A DNA stretch of 62,930 nucleotides, counting the filler, from Octopus bimaculoides (lineage: Eukaryota): the NCBI RefSeq assembly GCF_001194135.2. It is 6 parts of 6 records of this genome, joined end to end, with 100 filler letters (N's around TTAATTAATTAA, not from the genome) between each part and the next. Parts side by side here need not be neighbours in the genome. Positions count along the whole stretch, not along the records: positions 7,298 to 32,079 come from NC_068997.1; 5 more parts are not named here. One strand, given 5' to 3'. Shown here one piece after another: positions 11,873-25,405 of this stretch; the stretch's first letter is position 1, and each line of letters starts with the position of its first letter. Below the pieces are notes generated by a model that worked only from the letters and a program-made list of their open reading frames with translations, had not been told where the DNA came from and did no database searches. The position numbers were made by a program, and so were the translations under genes.

Positions 11873-12823
11873 TATAGGGTATAAGGTGGTGAGCTGATGG
11901 AATTGTTACCACACTATACAAAATGCTAAGTGATATTTCGCCAGTCTTCACTTTCTGAGTTCAAATTCTGCTGAGGTCGACTTTGGCTGTCATCCTTTCA
12001 GGGTTGATAAAACAAGTACCAGTTTAGCACTGGGATTGATGCAATTGATTATCTCCCTCCTCCAAAATTTCAGGCCTTGTGCCTATAGTAGAAAAGATTA
12101 TTATTAGAGTGAATGACCCTACTCTAAGTATGCACCTGTAGATTGGAGAACAACAATTAGTGAGCGTTTGTGCCTTTGGTGGTCAGGGTAATCCTGGATC
12201 CGTGGTATTCCTTAATTGACCTTAGTTTGGAGTTTCTCCTGTATCAGGAGGACTGCATCATTCATGTTCTCACATACTTTCTATAATATGTATACTTTTA
12301 TCGCATTTCACCATCCTTTCCATTTCTTTCTCCTCATCTTTTATGTAACCCACCACACAAATTATTGACTGCCCTTGTAACGTCCCACTCATCTATGACC
12401 CGTTGCTAATAAAAAAATTATTATTATCATTATTATGCAATGTATTGGTAAAATTGTTCATGTATCAGACAAATTGCTTAGTGGCATTTGTTCCATTTTA
12501 ACATACCTCTGCCAAGGTAACCTGTACCTTTTTATCTCATGGGTTAAAAATTAGAGCACCAGTCAACTACTGCAGTGAATATAATGAATTGCTTCTATTC
12601 CTCTAAAATTACTGGCCTTGTGCCTAAATTTGAAATGATAATTATTGTTAAATTGTCTGTCTTTGAAAGACAGTTGTGTATGTTTCTTTTAGCAAAGAAG
12701 AGTGAATAGGTTTTCTCCTTTTGATGGCTATGGCAAAAGAAGTTGTGTGGTAGGTGCCTTTAAAAAGTTTGGACAGAGCTTTTCTGTTCAAAGCAAGCTA
12801 CCTTTAGCTTCTTCAAATATTAC

Positions 12824-12863
12824 CTTCCAAAGAAGGTGAAGATATATTGGGAGCTACTGTCCT
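12824..12863 (-). CDS. Candidate 40-nt exon (RTVAPNISSPSLE) of the same minus-strand model
   Basis: CTGAC branch-like motif, cag| acceptor and GAAG|gtaata donor. Phase 0-1 is compatible with 7691-7816. Confidence 0.3.
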
Positions 12864-13341
12864 CTGGTATATTTTATGAAGGGTCAGTGTGGGTAGTGAA
12901 AATTAGTATGACTAAATGAACTGACACTAATTATGTATCTATAGGCTAGTGGTAAGAAATGTGAAACAATTTTAGTGTTTGTTGTGCCAGAGTAATCCAG
13001 GATTGTGTGTGTGTATCGTAAGTAACTCTATGTGGTTGTTTACCACCCCATTTTGAAATTATTGTTCATGTCTTGGTGTTCTATATTTTTTATCGTTTGG
13101 CACATTAGCAAAATAGACAATATGCCAGACAAAAAGCTTTGCTGCATTTCTTCCGGGTTAACATTTTGTGTTTAAATGTCACCAAGATCAACTTTGATTG
13201 GCACTTTATTTTATCAATCCCAGGTGAGTGAAAAGCAAATATTGGGGTTGAGGTAATTGACTTACCTCTCCCCTAAAATTGCTGGCCCTGTGCCAAGAAT
13301 ATATGCCTATAGATTGGAGAACATAAGCTTAAATAATAAAC

Positions 13342-13416
13342 CACGATAGGTGAACCAAGATATGGTGAGAGATTATTGTACTTTGATGGGTGCATTAATA
13401 ATGTGTTACCAGTTAT
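13342..13416 (-). CDS. Candidate 75-nt exon (ITGNTLLMHPSKYNNLSPYLGSPIV) of the same minus-strand model
   Basis: Pyrimidine-rich acceptor ...cctttttgttaag|, weak donor |gtttat, phase 0-0. Confidence 0.25.
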
Positions 13417-14600
13417 CTTAACAAAAAGGTGCGGCCAAACAGAAAAGGACAAAGTCACTCATCAGTAACAAAAATAACCATCGATTGACTCACATGAAAC
13501 AATAAAGGGTGGAGGTCTATTTTATGCTAGATATAGTAGCTAAATCTTCCTTAAATCATATCTTACCATGTTACAGATAAGTTAATGGTAGCAGGCCATA
13601 TTGGGTAATGCAAGTACTGGATATACAAGAAAGTCATGGTTGGAGCAACTTTTATCAAATGTGTCTACATAGGCTCAGGAACAGGGGGCACAGAGAGTGT
13701 GCTAACACCTGCTGAATTTTTGTTTGGTGGGTGGGGGCAATGAAAATGCTTTGAGTGTCTTGTGTTAGATCTGGGTTTGCATTCCTTAAACAAATTCTGT
13801 TCCTGTACTTATGGGTCTCTTAAAGCTGAGTTGATCTGGAGCAAAATGACAACATAAAAATCAATAAGTGAATGAGGTAACTCCATGCAGTCATTATAAC
13901 TGCTAGAAGTAGTAGCCAAAATCCTTCAAATTACACCACAACATTGTACAATGTCTCTTAAAGAACACTTTATAAATGTTGTCATAACCCTCTCCCCATC
14001 CTCCCCAAAAAGACAGAATGGTCAAAGCTAGAGTACTTTAGATTATTGGCTGCTCAGCTGAAGCTTACCTGAAACTGAACAACAATAACAATAACAGCAT
14101 GAAACAATATCTGTATGTTTAGGTGCCTTTGATGCTACATGGTTGCTCAACCTGTAGAAATAGCAGCCAAATTTCCCTTTATATCTTACCCTCGTGTTTT
14201 AAAAATAAAAATGTCATATTATAAAATATAGTCTGGGGTACACTATGCCAGAAAAGCTTTTGATCATAAATCAGCTCAACCAAGGTGGACTTGGGCTAAA
14301 CAGTAATACAAGCAACAGGTTTAAATTCAAAGTTGAACAAAGGTAAAATCGTTATAAACTTTTAAAAAATTCAACAATAAAATTACAGCAATATACATGA
14401 AATATATATGTGTGTGTGTGTGTGTGTGTATTCTTTTACTTGTTTCAGTTACTTGACTGCAGCCATGCTGGAGTATCACCTTAAAGGGTTTTTGTCAAAG
14501 AAATCAGCCTAGTACTTATTCTATTGGTCTCTTTTGCTGAACCGCTAAGTTACGAGGACATAAACACACCAGCATCGGTTGTCAATATATACATATAGAC

Positions 14601-14632
<32 letters not shown>

Positions 14633-15616
14633 NNNNNNNNNNNNNNNNNNNNNNNNNNNNNNNNNNNNNNNNNNNNNNNNNNNNNNNNNNNNNNNNNNNN
14701 NNNNNNNNNNNNNNNNNNNNNNNNNNNNNNNNNNNNNNNNNNNNNNNNNNNNNNNNNNNNNNNNNNNNNNNNNNNNNNNNNNNNNNNNNNNNNNNNNNNN
14801 NNNNNNNNNNNNNNNNNNNNNNNNNNNNNNNNNNNNNNNNNNNNNNNNNNNNNNNNNNNNNNNNNNNNNNNNNNNNNNNNNNNNNNNNNNNNNNNNNNNN
14901 NNNNNNNNNNNNNNNNNNNNNNNNNNNNNNNNNNNNNNNNNNNNNNNNNNNNNNNNNNNNNNNNNNNNNNNNNNNNNNNNNNNNNNNNNNNNNNNNNNNN
15001 NNNNNNNNNNNNNNNNNNNNNNNNNNNNNNNNNNNNNNNNNNNNNNNNNNNNNNNNNNNNNNNNNNNNNNNNNNNNNNNNNNNNNNNNNNNNNNNNNNNN
15101 NNNNNNNNNNNNNNNNNNNNNNNNNNNNNNNNNNNNNNNNNNNNNNNNNNNNNNNNNNNNNNNNNNNNNNNNNNNNNNNNNNNNNNNNNNNNNNNNNNNN
15201 NNNNNNNNNNNNNNNNNNNNNNNNNNNNNNNNNNNNNNNNNNNNNNNNNNNNNNNNNNNNNNNNNNNNNNNNNNNNNNNNNNNNNNNNNNNNNNNNNNNN
15301 NNNNNNNNNNNNNNNNNNNNNNNNNNNNNNNNNNNNNNNNNNNNNNNNNNNNNNNNNNNNNNNNNNNNNNNNNNNNNNNNNNNNNNNNNNNNNNNNNNNN
15401 NNNNNNNNNNNNNNNNNNNNNNNNNNNNNNNNNNNNNNNNNNNNNNNNNNNNNNNNNNNNNNNNNNNNNNNNNNNNNNNNNNNNNNNNNNNNNNNNNNNN
15501 NNNNNNNNNNNNNNNNNNNNNNNNNNNNNNNNNNNNNNNNNNNNNNNNNNNNNNNNNNNNNNNNNNNNNNNNNNNNNNNNNNNNNNNNNNNNNNNNNNNN
15601 NNNNNNNNNNNNNNNN

Positions 15617-15647
<31 letters not shown>

Positions 15648-15754
15648 TTTATATATACATATAATATATATATGTATGTATATTATATATACTCTCTTTC
15701 TCTCTCTCTATATATATATAGACATAGTGTACATATATAATATATAATATAGGT

Positions 15755-16110
15755 GCAGGCATGGCTGTGTGGTAAGAAGCTTGCTTCCTAACCACATGGT
15801 TTCTGGTTCAGTCCTATTGCCTGACACCTTGGGCAGGTGTTTTCTACCTAGCCTTGGGGTCACCAAAGCATTGTGAATAAATTTGGTAGACAGAAACTGA
15901 AGGAAGCCTGCCATGGGTATAATATATTTATGTGTGTGTGTGTGTCTGTGTTTGTTGCCCCACCATCACTTGACAGCCAAGCAAAAGAGACTGATAAAAT
16001 AAGTACTAGGCTTACAAAGAATAAGTCCTGGGATCGATTTCTTCAACTAAAGGCGGCGCTCCAGCATGGCCGCAGTCAGGTGACTGAAGCAAATAAAAAA
16101 ATAAAAGAAT
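15755..16110 (+). mobile_element. tRNA-derived SINE, family A (octopus OK/OR-like), near full length
   Basis: Head GGCTGTGTGGTAAGAAGCTTGCTTCC..GGTTCAGTCC, internal (TG)n, tail CAGCATGGCCGCAGTC..TGACTGAAGCAAATAAAA. Other copies at about 14430-14585, 22180-22500, 24760-24910, 26840-27190, 50020-50300, 60370-61510 and 62240-62930. Confidence 0.8.
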
Positions 16111-16661
16111 AGTACATATATCATATATACTATTTATATACAATATATAATATAGATAAAGTATTTATATTATTTATATATCATATATATATGTGTTATA
16201 TACAATAGAGATATAGGAACAGGAAAAAATATACAATTGACAAAAAAACTCTTACTTCAAATGTCTTCAAAAGTTAAATGATATCCAAAGTAAAGCAGCA
16301 AGAATCGTCTTCAGAACTTTTCAATTGTTTTTGTCACAGAATATTCTACAGGTGGACCAAGTATGAGACAATCAAGAGACAAATACTAGTTCAGAAGAAG
16401 GGATTTCTGTGAATGTCAAGTATATATATATGAAGATAAATATAAATACGTATGTATGCAGGTATGTCTATGCCGTCAATGTATTGTCTGGATATGTGTG
16501 GGAGGTGTTTATATGTAAATGTGTGAATGTAAATCTATGTTTATGTGTGTGTGTGTGTGTATGTGTGGTATATGTTATTAAGTAAATGTGTGTGAAAATA
16601 GTTTCTGGTGTGGATGAATTTAATATCGTAATCCAAGCTGCTACAGTGTTGAGTGTAAAAG

Positions 16662-16705
<44 letters not shown>

Positions 16706-17484
16706 GGGACAGACAAATAAACAGAGAGTGAGGGAAAGAGTCAGGGGTGTAGTCTACATGTCCACTTTCCTACCTGTTTACACCTGAGCAAGTTTTCCTG
16801 GAACTTATACAACATCAACACCTCACCTAGTGCTCCCCAAACTGAATATAATAAATGGGCCCCAGACTGTACTGAAGAAGTGACTGGGAACAATACGAGT
16901 GTACTTTTGACCTGATAACAAATACTAATCAATTGATTTGTTTGAAAGAAGGGAAGAGAAAAAGAGAGAGAGAGAGAGAGAAGGAGAGAGCAGAGCAGAC
17001 AAAATGAGAATGTGCTGCGTATTTGTGTATGTGCTATATCTGCCTGATGAAATGTAACATACGAGTCCTTAATGAGGAACTCTCTATGCAATTGCTTGGT
17101 TTGTAAGGTATAGCATCCAAACAACACTCAGATCACACCCAGTTGCCCCAAAGGCGGGGAGGCAGGGGTGATGAGAGAAGACACATTAGGCAAGGTAGTC
17201 CTCTATGTGCAAAAAATATTGAATGCTCACAGCTGGAGCACTTTTGACCATTGGACCATTTACTAGATAGACGTTAAACAACAAACACATAGTAAAAAAA
17301 AAAAGATGTTAATATATACAGAGAGGGAGAGAGAGAAGAGATAATAGGTGCAGTAGCACTAGACAAATAAAAGGAGTATATACAGAAAGGCCTCTGACTA
17401 GATACACACACACACACATATATACACATTCATTGACAAATATATACATTTACAGATATATGTGTGGTTGTATGTGTGTGGACA

Positions 17485-17551
<67 letters not shown>

Positions 17552-17918
17552 ATTGACAAATATATACATTGACAGATATCTATGTGTGGTTGTGTGTGTG
17601 TGTGTATGTGTTCAAATAAACAAACAATTGAAAGAAACAAATAAAAATATACAAAAAAGATAACAAATGAAATATAGTGACAGATATATGTGTATGTATA
17701 TATATATTTTTAAATATATATATATCCACACACACACACAGAGGCAAAGAGAGAGAGAGAGACAGTGAAACATATATATGTATTTATACATACATACAGA
17801 AAATATATATGTAATTACATACACACATAAAAATATGTGTATATACATATAAGTATATATATGTAACTGTGACTCTATACCTATATACACACACAAATAA
17901 ATATATATATATATATGC

Positions 17919-17949
<31 letters not shown>

Positions 17950-17959
17950 TATATACACT

Positions 17960-17998
<39 letters not shown>

Positions 17999-18504
17999 AA
18001 GTAGATAATTATCGGTTTCTTAACTAAATATAGCTTTATCTTCATTTATGTTTTATTTTCATTACCATGTATAATGAAGAGTAAGTGTACTCTATAAATA
18101 AGGGCATCGTATATATACATCGATTCATACATTCATATACGTGTAGACAAACAAATATACACATAACATTCATTATATGAAATAGCTATNNNNNNNNNNN
18201 NNNNNNNNNNNNNNNNNNNNNNNNNNNNNNNNNNNNNNNNNNNNNNNNNNNNNNNNNNNNNNNNNNNNNNNNNNNNNNNNNNNNNNNNNNNNNNNNNNNN
18301 NNNNNNNNNNNNNNNNNNNNNNNNNNNNNNNNNNNNNNNNNNNNNNNNNNNNNNNNNNNNNNNNNNNNNNNNNNNNNNNNNNNNNNNNNNNNNNNNNNNN
18401 NNNNNNNNNNNNNNNNNNNNNNNNNNNNNNNNNNNNNNNNNNNNNNNNNNNNNNNNNNNNNNNNNNNNNNNNNNNNNNNNNNNNNNNNNNNNNNNNNNNN
18501 NNNN

Positions 18505-18569
<65 letters not shown>

Positions 18570-18961
18570 GGGTAGATGAGTGTGCAAAAATATAACAACA
18601 CAAGGGACACTAAAGGTATTCAGGGTATTTTGTTTGACAACTGAATCAATAATTTAAATGCTGACAACTCTAGACAGACCCACTCCTACCCTTGTTTCTC
18701 TGTCTGTCTGTCTGTCTGTCTCTCTCACTCTGTCATTCCCTCCTCCTCCTCTTCTTGGTCTGTGGTTATATATGCCAACATTAAACTAAATTGTATTATT
18801 GTTACTTATCTGACAATAGTGCTTCTATCTGGGTCTCTAATATATATATATAAGCCATGCTNNNNNNNNNNNNNNNNNNNNNNNNNNNNNNNNNNNNNNN
18901 NNNNNNNNNNNNNNNNNNNNNNNNNNNNNNNNNNNNNNNNNNNNNNNNNNNNNNNNNNNNN

Positions 18962-19345
18962 TTTGCATCAAGAGGTGCCAATCTCTAATTGTAGAGGGAA
19001 CATGTGGAAGGTGTAGACCCAAGAAGACACAGGCTGAAGTGGTGAGAAAGGATTTACAGATGTTGGGAATCACAGAGGGAATGACAAGGAACTGAGACTC
19101 CAGGCAGTCTGCTGTGCTTGAAAAGGCATATCAAGCTCAGTAAGCTCGTGGTTGTCCTTGCAAACAGGTTCACCCCTTGCCACCCTCTCCAGTTGAGCTT
19201 TCTTAATCATGCAGGCTTGTGGGTACAGGTACCATGTAAAAAGTACCCATACCAGTGCCCAATTAAACACACTCATGCTGGTGGCTCCATAAGATCACCC
19301 AGTAGACTGTGTAAAGTGGTTGGCATGAAGAAAGGCATCCAGCTA
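18962..19345 (+). mobile_element. RTE-clade LINE 3' end with its 3' tail
   Basis: CQSLIVEGTCGRCRPKKTQAEVVRKDLQMLG resembles the RTE C-terminal GRPKKTW motif. It is followed by the AAAGTGGTTGGC...GAAAGGCATCCAGC tail also seen near 31880-32030. Confidence 0.7.
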
Positions 19346-19444
19346 TACAAACCCTACACACACACACACACACACATATACACATACATACATACACACA
19401 CATATGCTCCTAGTCACATATATTTGGTTGTCAAGTATGAAATT

Positions 19445-20190
19445 TGAAGAAAAGAAAAAAAGTTTGCTAATGTTTTATAAATACAAGGAATAGTTTTATT
19501 CATCAAAGTATGCCTCCATATTGTCAATACACTTTTGCCATTTCAGCGGTTAGTTTGTCCAGCCCTGAACTGTAAAAGCCTGGCATTCTAGGGTCAATAA
19601 AATCTTGGAGGCCTATTTTACAGCATCGTCGGAATTAAATTTTTTTCCTATCAAAAAGTTATCCAAATTCTGGAAGAAGTGGTGGTCACTGGGGGCAAGA
19701 TCAGGTGAGTATGGTGGATGATGGAGAACTTCCAGCTCTAACTCCTGCTGTTTCGCCAATGTCATTTTCGTGATGAGGTCTGGTGTTGTCTTGCAATAAA
19801 ATAGGAGTGGATCTGTTGACTAATCTAGGCTGGTTTTTTTTGTAAGTTTCTGCATCATTTGGTCCAATTGGCTGCAGTATACTTCTACCAGGTTTAATGA
19901 AATCATTATGGATCACACCTGTGCCAGACGACCAAACACACACCATCAGCTTCTTTTGATGAATTTTGCTTTTGGACTGTGTGTTGGTGGCTCATCTTTG
20001 TCCAACCATTGTGCTGAACATTTATGGTTGTTTTATTTTGGAATCAAATTGTAACGTGATGAGAATTAGATCTAATACCTCATTTTTGTGATGAGAAAGT
20101 AGCATAATTTAGGCTTCCAAGCGTTGCTGTTTCTGATTTTCATTGAGTTCATGTGGAACCTACTTATCCAACTTTTTTGCTTTACCGATT
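19445..20190 (-). mobile_element. Decayed mariner (DD34D) transposase, 3' half
   Basis: Fragments PILLQDNTRPH, HPPYSPDLAPSDHHFFQNLDNFL and KWQKCIDNMEAYFDE*. Confidence 0.85.
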
Positions 20191-23100
20191 TAAACTAGGT
20201 GAGTCAAAACAGACTGGAACCTGATGCATCTTACCAGTTTGCCAGTTCTGGTCGAACTGTCCAACCCATGCCAGTATGGAAAACAGATGTTAAAGGATGA
20301 CAACGATGATATACAGATATTTACATACATACGTATGAGTATATCTTAACATGTATGCATGTGTGTGTGTGTGTGTGTTTGTGTTTGTGTGTTTAATAAT
20401 TTATTCACACTAATCAATAAATCATTTCTCTTTGAACTGATTTGTAAGAAATAAAAACAAATTGATACACACACATATGCACACACACATGTGCGCATGC
20501 ACATGAAATAGGCGCTGAGTGCTATAATTAAATAGAATAAATTCATCCAACATGAAATGAAGCACAGCCCAAACTGTAGCAACTGAATGATGGGTTTGGT
20601 GGTTGTGGGGTGGATGGGTGAGGTAGAATGAGATTATTATCCTTAGTAGGTTACCTGAGAAAATACCTGTTTTGAACATGACAGGTGATCTTCTAAGAAA
20701 CTTTTAATATAAAAACACATTTGTTTGTACGAGCCCCCTCCCCGCTACATACACACACACCGCACCGACCCACTCATCTTTGGTGTCTGTGTTTTGGTGT
20801 CCTTAAGAGTGTTGTTGTTGTTCTCAATATTTTGTTAATGAATCTGCAACTCATTAACGAAGAGAAAAAAAAAATGTGTAACAGCTAAATATAGCTTTGT
20901 TGTGAAAGAAAGTCATCAGAGTGTATAATAACTGCTACATCTTTTGTCATTACTGTCTGGTAGTCAACTGCAGTTATGTTCGGTTGTCAACTCAGCGCTC
21001 TACACCAACTACCCTCCTGCTCTCCCTCTTGTTGGCTCTCAAGTTAATATTGCAAAGGTATCCCGTGGCGAATGGTGCTAGTAACCTTTGGTTGTGTGCA
21101 TTTGGTTATCTCTTGAAAATAGTTCGATTTCAAGGTGGATGAAGGTCGGCATATGAAATACAAAAGCAAAGGTTAAGAGAATGTTAGCCTTCAACTTCAT
21201 ACTAGAAGGCACAATAATGCTTTGGCCTTATATATAAAAAAAACAGCTTGAGGGAGAGAGGAATGAGCAAGAAAGCCACTGTCAGAATCTACAGCTCTTT
21301 TCTGTTTCAAATATTGGTGTGATTAAAATAATTCTCTTCTCAGCTACACAATTTCTGGTTCAATCCCACTGCGCAGTGTGTTGGGTAAGCATCTTATACC
21401 TTAGGTTGACCAACGCCTGTGAATGAAATTTTGTGTGTGGAAACTATGTGGTAAGGAACAACTTCTGTTCTTGATTGGAAGACTTAACCTGTCACCCAAT
21501 CTAACACCACTGTCTCACACTTGGATACCTTTTGTGAAGTCTACTTTGTTACAAGCATTGAAGCCGGATATCCACTCTGAGAATAACTTGCTCTCTTGGA
21601 GGATTTCTGAAAGGTCATAAGAAATGCCTTTCCTTCTTTGATTAAACCCTTTGCTCCTAATGGGACACATGCATCTCAAGAAAAGTTTTTTTAATACTAA
21701 AGTGAATTTTCTTCATTTAAAATGGCTTGGGATGGGACAAATCAGGGTTATAGTGTAAGGAATAGGTTGGAGATAAGGAAGTATTCACTTGTTTAGAAGT
21801 GGTTATCTTTTATAACACATATACAGGTGGAGTAGATTGCTGGGGTAGTGTCCTCTAGCATCTCAGCCATAATCCTGTCAGAAGCAGCTGTCATTAAACA
21901 TTCCTGCTGGATTCCCCAAGTGTGTCCAACTGTGATTATGAATAATTATCTGACCATCTTGCTCATGGTCTACCCCTAGGTCCTAGTGGGTTGGCTTGGC
22001 TTAAAAAATCTGTCTTGTAATCCATCTTGGTGGCATTCTAACCACAGGTCTGAAATACTGGAGGTTTGAACTATCAATGCAGAAAAATAGTGGTCAACGT
22101 GAGAGACCCCTGATTTCTAAACTACTGACCCTGTTGAGTAACATTACTGCAAAGATCTTTCAGATGAACCCTTTTGGTATCTTTTATCTTTTACTTGTTT
22201 CAGTCATTAGACTGTGGCCATGCTGGGGCACCACCTTGGAGAATTTTTAGGTGAATGTATCGATCCCTGTACTTATTTTTAAAAATATCTAATGTTTTGC
22301 ACACTTGTCCTTCTTTGGAAAGAAAATATCATTTGTTCCTTTAATATCCATTTTTTTCAGTAAGACACAGGCATGGCTCTGTGGTTAAGAAGTTTGCTTC
22401 CTACCCATATGGTCTTAGGTTCAGTCCCACTGCATTGGCACCTTAGGCAAGGATTTTCTATTATAGACTCAGGCCAAGCAAAGCTTTGTAAGCAAAGCTT
22501 TGTAAGCAAAGTGGTGTTGTTTGTTTTTGATATTCAGTGGAAACAAGTCCAGTCATGGATACAGGGAACAAGTGAGGACTGGAGACAGGAAGGCCTCAAC
22601 AAATTCTGTTTGATTCATGTCAGCATGGAGAAGTGGATATATTTAAATGATGATGATGCTATCATGGCTTAGACAAGAAATGATTTTGGGGTAGGATTTT
22701 ATGATTGGGTGCACATTCTCTCACCAACCCACACCTGTTTTTCAAGCAAAAGATTTTATATTCTGACAGTCTTTGAAGGTGCTAAAAGATTGGTCATAAT
22801 GGCAACAAGTAATATATAAAAATCACCACTGCTTTGCTCAAACAGTGACAAGTGAAATAGCAATGATCTCTCTCTCTCACACACACACACACTATGGGCT
22901 CAATCCAGTTTTAATTTTTCAAATTCACACACAAGCCATTCCTTGGTCTGGGACCAGAATTAGGAAACCCTTGCCTAAGGTACTGTTCAGTTGGATTGAA
23001 CTTGAAACCACATAGTTGTGGAGTGAATTTTTTCATCACGAAGCCATGCTGGCACCTATAAAACAGTCAGAAAATTGTAAAATGAAAGATTTTGCAAATG

Positions 23101-24714
23101 CTATTAAAGCTTCTAGATTCTCTTTCTCACACTTTTTCCCTCCGAAAAGAGGACAATGTGAAGCATTGTTGAACAGTTTTCAACATATACCAAAGTGGTA
23201 ACATTTTGTGTTTTTCATTCTTTGTAACAAATCAACTGTTTGGTGTTTGGACAGGGTATGATGAAATAGTTAGATATAAAAGTGCTTGGGAATACAGATA
23301 CTTAAAGGTTAGAGAAAAAGATTCCCTGGGGTGAATTGTAAGAAAATGTACAGATATTTTCTTGGAAAATAATATCCTTTCTTTTTTACTTGTTTAAATA
23401 TTAGATTGAGGCCATGCTGGGGCACTGGCTTGTGTATTATATACATATATTTTTTTATGAAATAAAATATTTACAAAGTCAACCAGTTTTGATCATGCTA
23501 ATCATGTTAGTGAGTGATAATGTTATAATTTCATGCTATCATAAATTTTCATTCCATGTTAGTAGAAGAAAGGATATTTTTAAAATGTGCATTTTCCTTC
23601 CATATTTTTTACTATTTATATATATGTATGTATGTATATGTGTATTTAATTTTCATCATTTCTCAGGTACTCTCTGTTGACAGAGATCAGCATTTTCAAT
23701 TCAAAATACAAATGCTACTCTATTGAAGCCGATAAGACTGCCATTGGTGTTTTTACAAATTCTGGTGGATAAACATGCTGATCTCCATCAATGGAAAACC
23801 TCAGGTACCAGAATAATGATGAAAATTCTACAACAGAGAAGTGTTTATTTACTTTTCCAATGATGAGTACTTATTTCAATAGTTTGTTACTAACATGTTG
23901 TGTGTGTGTGTGTGTGTGTATTTATATACATAAGAGGACAGAAAATAGTTGCTACTAACAACAAATCTCTGGGTACTGAAGAACCACCAAAATAATAAAT
24001 GGGGTTTACGAGAGCCATTTAACAATGTGAGACAAGATGGATTTTGAGCCCTGATAGGAAAGCCCTTTCAAAACTCAAGGGATTTGTAATTATTCCTTTT
24101 CGAGAATGGCTTAAGAGCTTGTTAAGGAGCTCCTTCCTGACTCTCTGGGTTTTTCCTTGGGCTAAACTCCTTTCTTACAGATTCTGCAAATAAACCACAG
24201 AGACCAACCTCCACCACAAACACATACATGAGATTATTTTTTCCCTTTCTTATTTGACTGGCTTTTTTGTTATTGTTGTTGGTAGTGTTGTACAGCTGTA
24301 AATCAGTTCAAATTGATCGAATTGTATGGCACTGTAGGTAGGTCAACCAATAATCTATTGTTACTAGATATGCCAAGACTGCTATTTAGCTACAACTGCT
24401 ACCACCACTACCACCACCACCACTGCTGGTGCCGCTGCTATTTTGTTGGTCTTGAATGACATACATCATAACCACCATTGCTATTTTAATATCTACTTTT
24501 CTATGCTTTCATAGGTTAGATGAAATTCACTGATGCAGATTTTCTATGGCCAGGAGCCCTTTCTATTGACAGCCCCCACCTATTTTCAAGGAAGGTAATA
24601 TTTTCCTTAGTTATTCAAGCACAAAGAACACAATGGCTGGACATGTTTCCACAAAAGCTTGCACACAACTGGTTTCTGATGTGAAGACAAGGGGAGATGT
24701 GCATGTATGCACAC

Positions 24715-24757
<43 letters not shown>

Positions 24758-25165
24758 GCTTCTTCCAGTGTTGATCTACTAAATCTACTTAGAAGGTCAG
24801 TTCAGAGTTTTAATAGAAGATTCTTGCTCAAGCTGCCTCACCGTGGGATTGAATCGAGAACCATGTGGTTGCAAAGCAAACTCTCTAACCACACAACCAT
24901 ACCTGTACCTATACATATATACACATATATACATGCATACATACATATATTGGTGTCACATAAAGAGGAACCAGTACACTTAATTAAGTAGTTGCCCTCT
25001 AAAGGGCAACCAGCCATAGAAACAATGCCAAAACTAACATTGGGGCCTAATGCAGTTTGCTGGTTTGCCAGCAAACTGTTGAACTGTCCAGCATGGAAAA
25101 TGGAGGCTAAATGATAACAAGGAGGATGGTGATATATTTATATATGCATATGATAAACATTTATA

Positions 25166-25399
25166 CAGGGTTGGCTAAAAGTCAGCTGACAGTAAATCAA
25201 AACCATTTAATACCAAGATTAAAATAAAAAATTATCTTATGTGAGTCTTCGTTAAAAAATAGACAAATATAGAAAAATGGTGATTTTAGTTCACAGCATT
25301 CAATTATTAAACGTTCATAATTGGAATAAATAAATAAAATTGAATATTAAATATTTATGGAATTTTGATTCAATGTCGGGTGACTTTTGGCCAACCCTG
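25166..25399. mobile_element. Tc1-type MITE, 234 bp, TA-flanked
   Basis: TIRs CAGGGTTGGCTAAAAGTCA / TGACTTTTGGCCAACCCTG, with TA on both sides. Confidence 0.9.
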
Positions 25400-25405
25400 T
25401 ATGTA

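Noticed and set aside
12693-12749. Plus-strand phase-0 segment QRRVNRFSPFDGYGKRSCV as GPBP1 exon 2
   Set aside because: The splice sites are plausible, but it has no recognisable vasculin motif and lies across an assembly join.
14579-15664. Long ORF-track entries spanning N runs (also 32932-33996, 49195-50094, 56359-57258 and others)
   Set aside because: Length comes from N gaps translated as X; there is no coding evidence.
16741-16915. GC-richer patch with open frames on both strands
   Set aside because: No splice-phase chain or homology favours either strand.
17041-17070. CTGATGA motif
   Set aside because: No downstream GAAA, stem III or stem I partner.
21623-21690. NAFPSL frame resembling the vasculin FPSL motif
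   Set aside because: Preceded by an in-frame stop without a good acceptor, and lies within what looks like repeat-derived sequence.
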